DNA of 64,000 nucleotides, from assembly GCA_021851895.1 (NCBI GenBank), contig JAJZQJ010000007.1, forward strand, positions 6,618-70,617, read 5' to 3'. Under the pieces are notes generated by a model. It had not been told where the DNA came from and ran no database searches. It saw nothing but the letters and a program-made list of their open reading frames with translations. Made by a program: the position numbers and the translations under genes. Shown here piece after piece: positions 29,845 through 38,744 of this stretch. The stretch's first letter is position 1; every line of letters begins with the position of its first letter. This DNA is from a bacterium (lineage in GTDB: Bacteria > Patescibacteriota > Minisyncoccia > Phycocordibacterales > UBA6899).

Positions 29845-30090
29845 ATGCGACTACACTATACCGAGCGTTTTTTGAGAACCGTAAAAAAATTACCCAAGAA
29901 CGTCATCGATGACACACTGAAAGCGATAGCGCACCTTCAGCATCCATCGGCGAGAGATCCATTGCATGTCTATCCCCTCGAAGGTAGACTGCGCGGTCTC
30001 TCTTCGCTCACTATCGATTTCGAATATCAGGCGATCGTCATCATGAACGAAGGAGGAATAATTTTTCTGGATGTCGCTCACCGCACGTAA
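29845..30090 (+). CDS. RelE/ParE-family toxin
   Basis: 81 aa product of typical RelE/ParE size, with a conserved C-terminal basic/aromatic region, tightly coupled to the upstream RHH gene. Confidence 0.6.
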   Translation: MRLHYTERFLRTVKKLPKNVIDDTLKAIAHLQHPSARDPLHVYPLEGRLRGLSSLTIDFEYQAIVIMNEGGIIFLDVAHRT

Positions 30091-30130
30091 TTCACTATCA
30101 CATGAAACTAAAAACCGGCAGTGCCGGTTT

Positions 30131-30763
30131 TTAGTTTTTTAATGCGTAGACTTTGACTTTAGGAGACTTGATCATGCGATCACCCATACGATAACCCTTC
30201 TGTACAACCTCAGCGATCTTGTGATCAAGGGCTGCATCATCGGTCTCTACCGTCCCTATTGCAGTGAAATGCTGTGGATCGAATGTTTCACCTGCAGGAT
30301 TCACCTCCGTTACTCCGTAGCCCTCAAGCGTTTCCATGAACTGCTTATGTATGTACTCAACACCCATGCGCCAGTTTGGATCCACCTTCTCCCATGCCTC
30401 TTTATTCGCAAATGCCATATCGAAACTTTCTATGACTGGAATGAGATCGACAACAACTGATTCGCGAACAAAACGACCGAGTTCGGATTTCTCCTCGTCA
30501 GATCGTTTCTTAAGATTCACGTAGTCTGCTTTGAGTCGCTGCCATCCATCGAGATATTCCTGCTTCGCCCTCTCTGCATCAAGCAACTTCTCTCTAAGCT
30601 TCTTTATCTTATCCTGTGGAGAAACAACGCTCCCTGGAACAGCATCATCGTTGTATGCCTCGAACTCGACATCGTCCTCTTGGTGTGGGAGCACCTCGAT
30701 CCCAGCACCGAGATCTGCTGCACCCTCATCGTTGCCATCTATTTTTTGAACATCATTATCCAT
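30131..30763 (-). CDS. grpE: Nucleotide exchange factor GrpE
   Basis: GrpE long helix and C-terminal beta-domain (RLKADYVNLKKR...FDPQHFTAIG). Confidence 0.9.
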   Translation of the reverse strand: MDNDVQKIDGNDEGAADLGAGIEVLPHQEDDVEFEAYNDDAVPGSVVSPQDKIKKLREKLLDAERAKQEYLDGWQRLKADYVNLKKRSDEEKSELGRFVRESVVVDLIPVIESFDMAFANKEAWEKVDPNWRMGVEYIHKQFMETLEGYGVTEVNPAGETFDPQHFTAIGTVETDDAALDHKIAEVVQKGYRMGDRMIKSPKVKVYALKN

Positions 30764-30819
30764 ACTTGTGCGCAGCTTAACACAAAAAGCATCAAATTAC
30801 CAGTACTTTCTACCATACA

Positions 30820-31098
30820 ATGGACAACCACATACGGCCCAAAAGTGTGTACTATCGCCATGATATACTTGAATATATGGAACAAGAATCAACAACGCCT
30901 CTACCAACGGATGCAAGGCTCATCCTTATGGAACAAAAGATCGACTACCTCGTGAGCGAGGCTCATAAGAGCGCACGGGCACGTAAAATCACTTTTTGGG
31001 TAACGATCCTTGTCGTCGTTCTTCCCTTCATCGGTATCTTGGCACTACTTCCATCGGTTATGGGAACGCTTACGGGCGCAAACAGTCTCGGAGTATAA
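30820..31098 (+). CDS. Hypothetical small membrane protein
   Basis: 92 aa ORF with a C-terminal TM helix. Confidence 0.3.
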   Translation: MDNHIRPKSVYYRHDILEYMEQESTTPLPTDARLILMEQKIDYLVSEAHKSARARKITFWVTILVVVLPFIGILALLPSVMGTLTGANSLGV

Positions 31099-31126
31099 AA
31101 AAATAAAACACTGCTTCTGCAGTGTT

Positions 31127-32341
31127 TTATTTTTCATTGAACCGTTCTGACTTGAAACCCGGAAGATCAGGAAGTCGTTCATCGGACTTGAGCAATATGA
31201 TTCCGGCTATTTCACTTTCAGCAGCAAGCTTCAATGCTTCTGCCACATGATCGAAATCTGTATGCAATATCGTATCAAGCGAGCGGCCGCTTGAATCACG
31301 AAGGAGCGAAAGCAATACGCCTTCCGTGCCCTCCATCTCCGTATCCGCAACAACCTCTATATCATAATCGATGAACTCGAATTCCCCAACTGGATGCGCT
31401 ATTGGAGAAAGATTGAGGTAGCCTCGTGCAGAAAGGTCGACTATTGTCGAGATGACTGCTCTTTTTGTCACCCTGCCCTCTGCCGCGACCGCACGCGCAA
31501 CATAAGAATACAAATCAGGAAGCACTGCGGGCTTCTTTCGTTCATCGATCCACTCAAGAATCCTGCCACGGTGATACCACAATACGAGAGACAATAAACC
31601 TGCAAAGAGAACTGAGATCAGGAGATACCAGACGACAATAGGGGTCTTTTGTTTCGTATCGATCGTATGCACAACAGGAAGCTGAATGAGCCCTCGTGGA
31701 TAAGTAATATCCATGAGCACACCCTCCTTCACCACTTTATCAGCGGAGACCCTAAATCCATAAAGGCGACCATCCTTGATCAATGACTGCAGCGCACAAG
31801 TATGATGCATTCTGTCGGGAACAAATGCACAGGTTCCCGTTGCCGTCACTGGTGGAATAGGAACTGGGAAATAAATATCTGAGCGGAAGGCATTTATCTG
31901 CTCGCTCACGGGGGACATAACTTGCCAACGTAAACGCTGCTCGCTCGCTAAGCCATTAAGCACATAGCGCACATCGAAGTAATGTTTGTCCGTTAATAGA
32001 GTATCCTTATCTCCAATTCTTATTACTCCGACATTCCCCCCTGAAGAAGCATCATAGTGGTAGGGAGTCCCTGTTTTGTCACCCACAAAAAGCATATGCA
32101 TCGTCGCGATCGATCTATCGAAAGGACCCACATAAAGCGGTATCTCTCTTATGATTCCATGACTCCCCGACTTGCCGAAATCGAAAATGAGGTGCTCCTC
32201 GACGCCGATCGTACCATCGCGACCGAGCATCGCTTGAGCGGCGAATGAGGTGAATTCGCCCGCAAACGCAAAAGAAGGCAGCATAAGTGCCGTGCAGCCG
32301 ATTGCGATCAAACCTCTTATGAAGCGATCATTCTTCATCAT
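31127..32341 (-). CDS. Hypothetical membrane-anchored protein (DUF2207-like topology)
   Basis: Signal peptide, about 200 aa extracytoplasmic domain, one TM helix and a C-terminal cytoplasmic domain. Confidence 0.4.
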   Translation of the reverse strand: MMKNDRFIRGLIAIGCTALMLPSFAFAGEFTSFAAQAMLGRDGTIGVEEHLIFDFGKSGSHGIIREIPLYVGPFDRSIATMHMLFVGDKTGTPYHYDASSGGNVGVIRIGDKDTLLTDKHYFDVRYVLNGLASEQRLRWQVMSPVSEQINAFRSDIYFPVPIPPVTATGTCAFVPDRMHHTCALQSLIKDGRLYGFRVSADKVVKEGVLMDITYPRGLIQLPVVHTIDTKQKTPIVVWYLLISVLFAGLLSLVLWYHRGRILEWIDERKKPAVLPDLYSYVARAVAAEGRVTKRAVISTIVDLSARGYLNLSPIAHPVGEFEFIDYDIEVVADTEMEGTEGVLLSLLRDSSGRSLDTILHTDFDHVAEALKLAAESEIAGIILLKSDERLPDLPGFKSERFNEK

Positions 32342-32561
32342 TCAACTCTTTGCGCACCTCTTCAAATGAATTCTCGAGACCCTTCAGACGCACGCGACAC
32401 TCTTTGATGAGCCGTGCACCCTCTTTTATTTTTGTGAGACCGAGCTCGACATCGACCTCTTGCTGACCCTCGAACCAAGCTGCGATCGAACGGAGCTCAG
32501 TAAGGGCAGCATTAAGATCCAATTCGCTATCTTGTTTTGTCTTTTTCGTCATTTTTTTCAA
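32328..32561 (-). CDS. xseB: Exodeoxyribonuclease VII small subunit
   Basis: 77 aa helical product, LTELRSIAAWFEGQQEVDVELGLTKIKEG. It overlaps the xseA stop. Confidence 0.8.
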   Translation of the reverse strand: MKKMTKKTKQDSELDLNAALTELRSIAAWFEGQQEVDVELGLTKIKEGARLIKECRVRLKGLENSFEEVRKELNDEE

Positions 32562-34110
32562 TATTTATCACCTTCGCCGAGATGATCCCATCATTCAGCA
32601 TAGCATCTATTGTAGCACCTACACGCACATGTTCGACACTACGCAATACACGCCCCTCTTCACGCAATATGCCATAGCCCAATCGAAGCTGACGCATAGG
32701 ATCATGCGCATCAAGCAGTGCGGAATATCGCGATAATTGTTCCTCCATCTTATCGATTCCGCCGTGAAGCGATCGTAAGATGAACGACGTTCGCTCACCG
32801 AGCTCCTTCGAAATATCGCGAATGACGCGTGCAAGTAGTGGTAATGCGCCAAGTACGTCATCGATAGCACTGGTTATCGTATGTTCTAATGCAGTGAACG
32901 CCTGTTCGAAATATCGCTGCGCCCGCACGAGTGACAACTCATTTGTACGCAACGCGGTACGATATGCACTGAACATATCCTGCTCATACAAAGAGACGCT
33001 ATGCATCGCCGCTACCCAAGGTTCATTAAGGAGCGCTGTGCATGCCGTTGGCGTACTCGGAGCATAATCAGCTGCGAGCTGTGCAAGTGGCACGTCCTTA
33101 TCATGACCGATCGCGCAGATCACAGGTACCGGGAAGTCTGCGACCGCACGGATGATGTGTTCATTATTGAATGCCTGAAGGCTTTCAAGCGAACCACCAC
33201 CACGTATGAGCACAAGCGCATCGATCTGCTCTCTTTTCATCCTCCTCATCGCTGCATCGATATCCTTCACTGCGAGTACTCCCTCAACACGTGCATCGAT
33301 GAACGTGATACTGAAGCCGAACTTTCCAAGGTTATTCAAGAAATCATGTATCACCGCGCCTTGCTTTGAAGTTATGACACCGATACGCGAAGGGAATTGC
33401 GGAAGGGACCTCTTACGTCCTGGTGCGAATAAGCCCTCTGTTTCGAGCGTCTTCCTTAGTAAATCGTACGCCTTTTTCAGTGCACCCTCACCAACGAGTT
33501 CGATCGATTCTGCACGTAACTTCAATCTTCCCGTCGGCTTATATATCTCTGCCCTGCCCTCGATAATGATCTCTAGTCCAGCCTCTAGTTGTACTCCGGA
33601 AAGCCTATGATCGGATGACCACATGAATACCTCAAGCACCGCATCCTGCTCGATATCCTTCACGGTAAAGTAAAATGCACTTCCTCGTTCTTGTACACTC
33701 ACGACTTCTCCGCGTATGCGCGCACGCACACGATAGAGCTCGCGATTTAGCACATCGATGTATTGCGACACCTGCAACACTGGGCGCGAAGGAGGAGTTT
33801 GCTCATTAGTAATCACTCCCCCCGCAGAAACAAAACGCTCAGGATCACTTTTTGGAGCTACCGGCGCTGGTGCAAGATGCTCAGCAATGATCTTAAGAAT
33901 TGACCTACCATAGAGATCGAATTTCGCGTCCTTAATACCCTTCACCGCAAGCAGCTCATCGCGCGTCCTTGGGAGAGCAGACACGATCGCATCGAGCGTC
34001 GCATTTGGAAGCACGCGAAAACCTTCGATATTTCTCGCTTTCGCCTCGCTATCTCTCCATGCATACAAAGACGCTCTTAGATTCATGAGGCAATTGTAGC
34101 AGGAAATCAA
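32527..34110 (-). CDS. xseA: Exodeoxyribonuclease VII large subunit with N-terminal HhH-containing extension
   Basis: OB-fold followed by the XseA catalytic core (LIRGGGSLESL). An N-terminal extension of about 100 aa carries a ComEA-like helix-hairpin-helix (LPNATLDAIVSALPRTRDELLAVKGI). Confidence 0.85.
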   Translation of the reverse strand: MISCYNCLMNLRASLYAWRDSEAKARNIEGFRVLPNATLDAIVSALPRTRDELLAVKGIKDAKFDLYGRSILKIIAEHLAPAPVAPKSDPERFVSAGGVITNEQTPPSRPVLQVSQYIDVLNRELYRVRARIRGEVVSVQERGSAFYFTVKDIEQDAVLEVFMWSSDHRLSGVQLEAGLEIIIEGRAEIYKPTGRLKLRAESIELVGEGALKKAYDLLRKTLETEGLFAPGRKRSLPQFPSRIGVITSKQGAVIHDFLNNLGKFGFSITFIDARVEGVLAVKDIDAAMRRMKREQIDALVLIRGGGSLESLQAFNNEHIIRAVADFPVPVICAIGHDKDVPLAQLAADYAPSTPTACTALLNEPWVAAMHSVSLYEQDMFSAYRTALRTNELSLVRAQRYFEQAFTALEHTITSAIDDVLGALPLLARVIRDISKELGERTSFILRSLHGGIDKMEEQLSRYSALLDAHDPMRQLRLGYGILREEGRVLRSVEHVRVGATIDAMLNDGIISAKVINIEKNDEKDKTR

Positions 34111-34167
34111 AAAGACGCACCATTAAGAACTTGTGCTGTTTTTCGAAAAAACACACCTTACGGTGTG

Positions 34168-34503
34168 TCAATTTCCTAAAATCGCAGTTCCTGTTCCGCG
34201 CGCAACATAAATGATCGTTTCAGCCGAGAATACCACTGCGGCGCCGATCACGGCACCAAGCAAACGCTGCTTCGCCGTCTTGATCTGATTCGTGTCGCCA
34301 CGAGCAGTGGCCATTTCAAATCCAGAATATATGATGACAAGAGCGATTGCAGGTACCACAACCCAACGAGAGATCATGAGTATGAAATCGATGAAATCCC
34401 ACATCGTGAGACCAGCACCAGGTGCTGGATTCGAAAGCCTACCATCTGCTGCAAATGCTGCGAGCGGAAGAGCAAGAAGTAGGACAAGAAGATGACGTCG
34501 CAT
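34168..34503 (-). CDS. VirB2/TrbC-like mini-pilin (paralog 2)
   Basis: Signal peptide, two hydrophobic helices separated by a short charged loop, 111 aa. It is paralogous to the adjacent gene. Confidence 0.45.
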   Translation of the reverse strand: MRRHLLVLLLALPLAAFAADGRLSNPAPGAGLTMWDFIDFILMISRWVVVPAIALVIIYSGFEMATARGDTNQIKTAKQRLLGAVIGAAVVFSAETIIYVARGTGTAILGN

Positions 34504-34507
34504 GAAA

Positions 34508-34912
34508 TTAGTTGAGCAATGAATAAGTATCCGGGAAGAGGAGACTGAAGATCAGCTTGATGATGAGGTAAGCGGAAAGCATGACCGCATAGCCGATAAG
34601 CGTATTCGTGAAGATCTTTCGCGCTTCCTTTTCTGCGCCAGTATCGCCCTGACTCCATACAAGCTTGAAGCCTGCATATGCAAACATGAGTACCGCGATC
34701 GGAGTCGCAAGTTGATAGATGATGAAGTTTAAAACGTTTTGTACTCCATTCATCAAATCAATGAAATCACATTGCTGCTCAAGCGGGACTGGTCCTCCCG
34801 GAACAGGAGAAATTCCGCAAGGAACGAGTCCTGAAGTAGTCTTCGCCGTTTGCGCTGCTGCGAACAATGGCAGCATAAGCAGAAGTGAGAGTGCGAGTGT
34901 GCGTCGGGTCAT
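34508..34912 (-). CDS. VirB2/TrbC-like mini-pilin (paralog 1)
   Basis: Signal peptide ending AAAQ, a Cys pair in the mature N-terminus, then two TM helices, 134 aa. Confidence 0.45.
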   Translation of the reverse strand: MTRRTLALSLLLMLPLFAAAQTAKTTSGLVPCGISPVPGGPVPLEQQCDFIDLMNGVQNVLNFIIYQLATPIAVLMFAYAGFKLVWSQGDTGAEKEARKIFTNTLIGYAVMLSAYLIIKLIFSLLFPDTYSLLN

Positions 34913-34913
34913 A

Positions 34914-36236
34914 CTATTTTGGTAAACGACTAATGATTGCGGATAATTCCTGCCTCAGAAAGTTCGCACCCCTGTCAGGGACAGGGAAACGTCCAGACGA
35001 AAGACCTTCGACCATATCGTTAAATGCGGTACTTGATTCATTCTCCTCGGGGTCAAGCCATGAACGAGAGCGGAGCGCTGCCTCATAGAAATAAGGCATC
35101 ACTGCATCGGTCTGGGGTTTTGCAAGGAGATCACGACGCGCAGGTGGCAAGAGCGCGATATTCGACCACTTTGTTACGAAGTTCGCGTCTCCAACCATAG
35201 CAATAAGTGCGTTTTGTGCATTCACCCGTTGAAGACCAGCTTTCACTACTGCGAGAGAATAGACCTCGGCATCAGTAGACTCAGTGCGCACCGTACGCAT
35301 CTGCGGGAGCTGTGCGATACCGAAATTAAGATGGGGGTTTCGCTCTCTTATCATCTTATAGTCGCTCGCTCTTCCGATATACATTGCGAGCTGATCAGAA
35401 AGAAATACATCTCGTGAAGGAGGGAGCGTACGATTCCAACTGTAGAGCGTCTTATTTGGATTTGCGAAATCCATATAGAAACGTAATGCGGAATCAACTG
35501 GCGGCTCCCCTGTCGTTGTGATCGTACTGTCGACAGATACAACAGGATTACCGGAATCATTTCGATAAACGAGCGGCACACCAACCTGCATCAACATTGC
35601 TGCGAGAATATCCTTTGCATGGGTAACATTCGCATATTCACCCATGGCTATCGCAGAATAGTCAAAGCTTCCATCAGTTGATGAACGCTGCGTCAATTTC
35701 GGCTGAAGTGTGAGTACCTCATCCCAATATTTCGGCGGATTGATGATTCCCGCATTTGTGAAGAGGTCTCTATTCCAATACATCATAACAGGATCAAGAA
35801 GGAGCGGGATTCCAAGCACACCCTCTGGGGCGAGAAAGGCCTTCGCTGCATCAACATAGCGCTCCTGGAATGTCGGAATGGGCATTTGCGTATATGGAAT
35901 CGCCTGTATCTTATTCTCGAGCCTCAAGATCTTGCTGTTCGAAAGGAAAATGAGATCGGGAGCCTTATTATCAGCAATAGCCTCGATGAAATCGCTATCA
36001 AAAGTATCTGACTTCTTGTAGACATAAGTCACGTTAAGATCCTTTCTATGCGCCTGATTGAAATCGCTGATCGCATCGCGAAGACCATTGATGGGATCGA
36101 TATCACCCCAAACAGTCACCTTTACGACCTGGTCTGCATTACTCTTATTGCCTGCGCCCTGCGAGAATATGACGATTGCAGCGATGATGGCCACTCCAAG
36201 CACTCCGAGAAATATGTTCTGAAAATCGAATTTCAT
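34914..36236 (-). CDS. Extracellular solute-binding protein (ABC SBP family 1-like), orphan
   Basis: N-terminal TM/signal helix and a bilobal SBP-like sequence (VTVWGDIDP...APDLIFLSNS...). No permease or ATPase genes are adjacent. Confidence 0.6.
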   Translation of the reverse strand: MKFDFQNIFLGVLGVAIIAAIVIFSQGAGNKSNADQVVKVTVWGDIDPINGLRDAISDFNQAHRKDLNVTYVYKKSDTFDSDFIEAIADNKAPDLIFLSNSKILRLENKIQAIPYTQMPIPTFQERYVDAAKAFLAPEGVLGIPLLLDPVMMYWNRDLFTNAGIINPPKYWDEVLTLQPKLTQRSSTDGSFDYSAIAMGEYANVTHAKDILAAMLMQVGVPLVYRNDSGNPVVSVDSTITTTGEPPVDSALRFYMDFANPNKTLYSWNRTLPPSRDVFLSDQLAMYIGRASDYKMIRERNPHLNFGIAQLPQMRTVRTESTDAEVYSLAVVKAGLQRVNAQNALIAMVGDANFVTKWSNIALLPPARRDLLAKPQTDAVMPYFYEAALRSRSWLDPEENESSTAFNDMVEGLSSGRFPVPDRGANFLRQELSAIISRLPK

Positions 36237-36317
36237 AATATAGTCGAATTATATCACAAAAAGTACCCGCCAAACCTTTGGCAGGTACTCTATTGAAGCA
36301 ATATTTCAAAACAGCGA

Positions 36318-36881
36318 TCAGAGTGCGAAACCTCCAATACCTGAAGATTTGCCCTCTTTCACACACAGCAACGCCCAATGATGGTCTCCTCCATCGAGAT
36401 TGCGGACAGCACGAAAACCCGCAGCTTCTGCTAAATGCTTCCCTGCCTCCTCGGTCACGACTTGAGACGCCTCTGGCCCCATGCCGCGATATGGCCCATT
36501 CCAATCAATTAATAACAGGCGACCACCATCGCGCAAAAGTCGTGCAGCCTCCCCAAGGAGCTCCTCTTTGTGCTCTGCAGAATAAAGCACATTGGAGACG
36601 ATCACGAGATCAGAGATATTTTCACGAAGATGCACACCACCGCGGCGCTCAATGTCTGCATGCACACAAGAGACGTTCGTAAGCTTCTCCTCTTGTGCAG
36701 AATGTGCGAGGCGCGTCAAAAGATCCTGCTGCACGTCGACCGCATATACCTTACCTCCTCCGACGCCAAGCCGCTTTGCGATTTCGAGAGCATAGACACC
36801 ACTCCCCGCGCCAAGATCGATGACGACTTCGCTTCCAGAAATACCGAGTTGGTCAATGATTACTTTTGGATCGATGAACAT
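36318..36881 (-). CDS. Class I SAM-dependent methyltransferase
   Basis: Motif I VIDLGAGSGVYA and a post-I acidic residue, 187 aa. Confidence 0.8.
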   Translation of the reverse strand: MFIDPKVIIDQLGISGSEVVIDLGAGSGVYALEIAKRLGVGGGKVYAVDVQQDLLTRLAHSAQEEKLTNVSCVHADIERRGGVHLRENISDLVIVSNVLYSAEHKEELLGEAARLLRDGGRLLLIDWNGPYRGMGPEASQVVTEEAGKHLAEAAGFRAVRNLDGGDHHWALLCVKEGKSSGIGGFAL

Positions 36882-37118
36882 ATTCGTATTATATCCTACC
36901 CATAAATTTCCGCATTAGCTATCAATGATTTCAAAATTTAAATATATCAAAATTGAAAAATCCATGAATGTAGGATGCGCCAAATATCACTAAACAAAAA
37001 ACTTCAGATTTGAGATGCAATTGTGCTGGCTGGAGCAGTGCCGACCGACGGAGCCGTATGATTATACGGTGACGAGGCGGCACTGGGAAGTCAGTGCAAG
37101 TGCGCTCAAATATGAAGT

Positions 37119-37346
37119 TTATGCGGACATGAGTTTTTGGATTTGGTCCTTATATTCCATCATCACAACCATCGTCGCCTTATTCTGATCCATACCTCCA
37201 TCGGTCTTTGCCTTTATCTTGATGGCGATCTCTTCGAAAAGCTTCGGATTCTTCACGACGACACTGATGATCTTCTCCTGCTGATCCTTCGGAAGGTTTC
37301 CCAACTTACTCTGAAGCAGCTTCTTCATTAAAAATTCTTTGAACAT
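37119..37346 (-). CDS. Hypothetical protein
   Basis: 75 aa Lys-rich helical ORF. Confidence 0.35.
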   Translation of the reverse strand: MFKEFLMKKLLQSKLGNLPKDQQEKIISVVVKNPKLFEEIAIKIKAKTDGGMDQNKATMVVMMEYKDQIQKLMSA

Positions 37347-37376
37347 GAGCTGAGTATAGCATTAGACGAGCTTAAA

Positions 37377-37634
37377 TCAACCGCGTGAAAATATACGATA
37401 AAGTGCCACAACAGAGATCAGCACCCAAGCGAAATTCACTACAAGAGAAGACCAAGCAGTCTTTTTGAGCGTGTAATAGATGAAAGCGATACCACCAATA
37501 AGATTCATCATCTGGTAGGAAAGCGATGTGCTCGCAATCGCGCCGAAACTATTGAGTGCGAAGGCTCCAAGTATCATAATCGAACCGATGATACCGATCG
37601 CCTCGAGAATATATATGCTGCGCATAGTGATCAC
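37377..37634 (-). CDS. Hypothetical small membrane protein
   Basis: 85 aa with 2-3 TM helices. Its stop overlaps the dnaX start. Confidence 0.35.
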   Translation of the reverse strand: MITMRSIYILEAIGIIGSIMILGAFALNSFGAIASTSLSYQMMNLIGGIAFIYYTLKKTAWSSLVVNFAWVLISVVALYRIFSRG

Positions 37635-38665
37635 TTTTCTCCGATAGCTCGCATGATCGCGATCTCGATCGGAAGTGTCGGCACAATGGCCGCTTTTCCT
37701 AATTCACTCGTACGCAGGAATTCAAGCAATGTGTGCGAATTTATGCGCTTCGCAGGACTCGCCGCAAAACTCCTCAAGAGTGCGACATCATCTGGAGAGA
37801 ACTCCTCGGCAAGCGCTGCCTCCATCTGTGGCGCATAGCGCAAGAGCAATATCGCTCGCAACTTGAGCAGTATAAGACGCATGAAGAATGTCATATCAAC
37901 ATGCTCTACATCAGCATCGCGAACGGCCATCAATGCCTCTTCGGCGTTTCCCGAATCAATACCTTTCAATATACGATTGATCGTCTCATGGCGAGGGGCA
38001 CCAATGATACGTGCGACAACATCGAACGAAAGCGCTTTCTTTCCATCAGCGACCGTAAGCACTTTCTCGAGCACAGAGAGTGTATCTCGATATGATCCGT
38101 CTCCAGCGAGTGCGACAAGTTCGGCAGCCGCAGCGTCGATCAATAATTCTTCTTTCGAGACGACATCGACGACGTATTGTGTAAGATCATGAATGACAGG
38201 CTGTTTAAATGCGAAGGTCTGGCAACGTGAGATGATGGTCTCGGGCACTTTCTCGAGATTCGTCGTCGCAAGGATGAAAAGCACGTGCGCAGGTGGCTCC
38301 TCGAGTGTCTTCAAGAGCGCATTATATGCCTCCTTGGTAAGCATGTGCACTTCGTCGATGATGTAGCACTTACGTGGTGAAGTGAACGGCAGTGTGCGTA
38401 CCGCCTCTCTCAGTTCACGCATGTCGTCGATCGTGCGATTCGATGCAGCATCCATCTCGTAGAGATCTTCTGGATTCACTCCTGCAGCACGCGCAAAGAT
38501 ACGCGCAACAGTTGTCTTTCCCGTTCCACGGCCACCATAAAATAGGTAGGCATGTGCGACCTCATTCTGCTTCGCTTGACGGCTGAGTACATTGATCAGC
38601 TCATCTTGACCACGGACATCTCTGAATTCCTGGGGTCGATATTTTCGGTAGAGTGCTAATTCCAT
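37631..38665 (-). CDS. dnaX: DNA polymerase III subunit gamma/tau (short)
   Basis: Walker A GGRGTGKTT, DEVH box, SRC motif. The ORF opens at 38812 but the likely start is MELALYRKYRP. Confidence 0.9.
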   Translation of the reverse strand: MELALYRKYRPQEFRDVRGQDELINVLSRQAKQNEVAHAYLFYGGRGTGKTTVARIFARAAGVNPEDLYEMDAASNRTIDDMRELREAVRTLPFTSPRKCYIIDEVHMLTKEAYNALLKTLEEPPAHVLFILATTNLEKVPETIISRCQTFAFKQPVIHDLTQYVVDVVSKEELLIDAAAAELVALAGDGSYRDTLSVLEKVLTVADGKKALSFDVVARIIGAPRHETINRILKGIDSGNAEEALMAVRDADVEHVDMTFFMRLILLKLRAILLLRYAPQMEAALAEEFSPDDVALLRSFAASPAKRINSHTLLEFLRTSELGKAAIVPTLPIEIAIMRAIGEK

Positions 38666-38693
38666 ATATGATGTGTTCAGTATAACATAACCA

Positions 38694-38722
38694 AAAAACC
38701 GCGTAAAATACGCGGTTTTTTT
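38694..38722 (-). terminator. Terminator after serS
   Basis: aaaaaccgcg-taaaata-cgcggttttttt, bidirectional. Confidence 0.75.
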
Positions 38723-38744
38723 AACTAAGCACATATTCCTAAGT

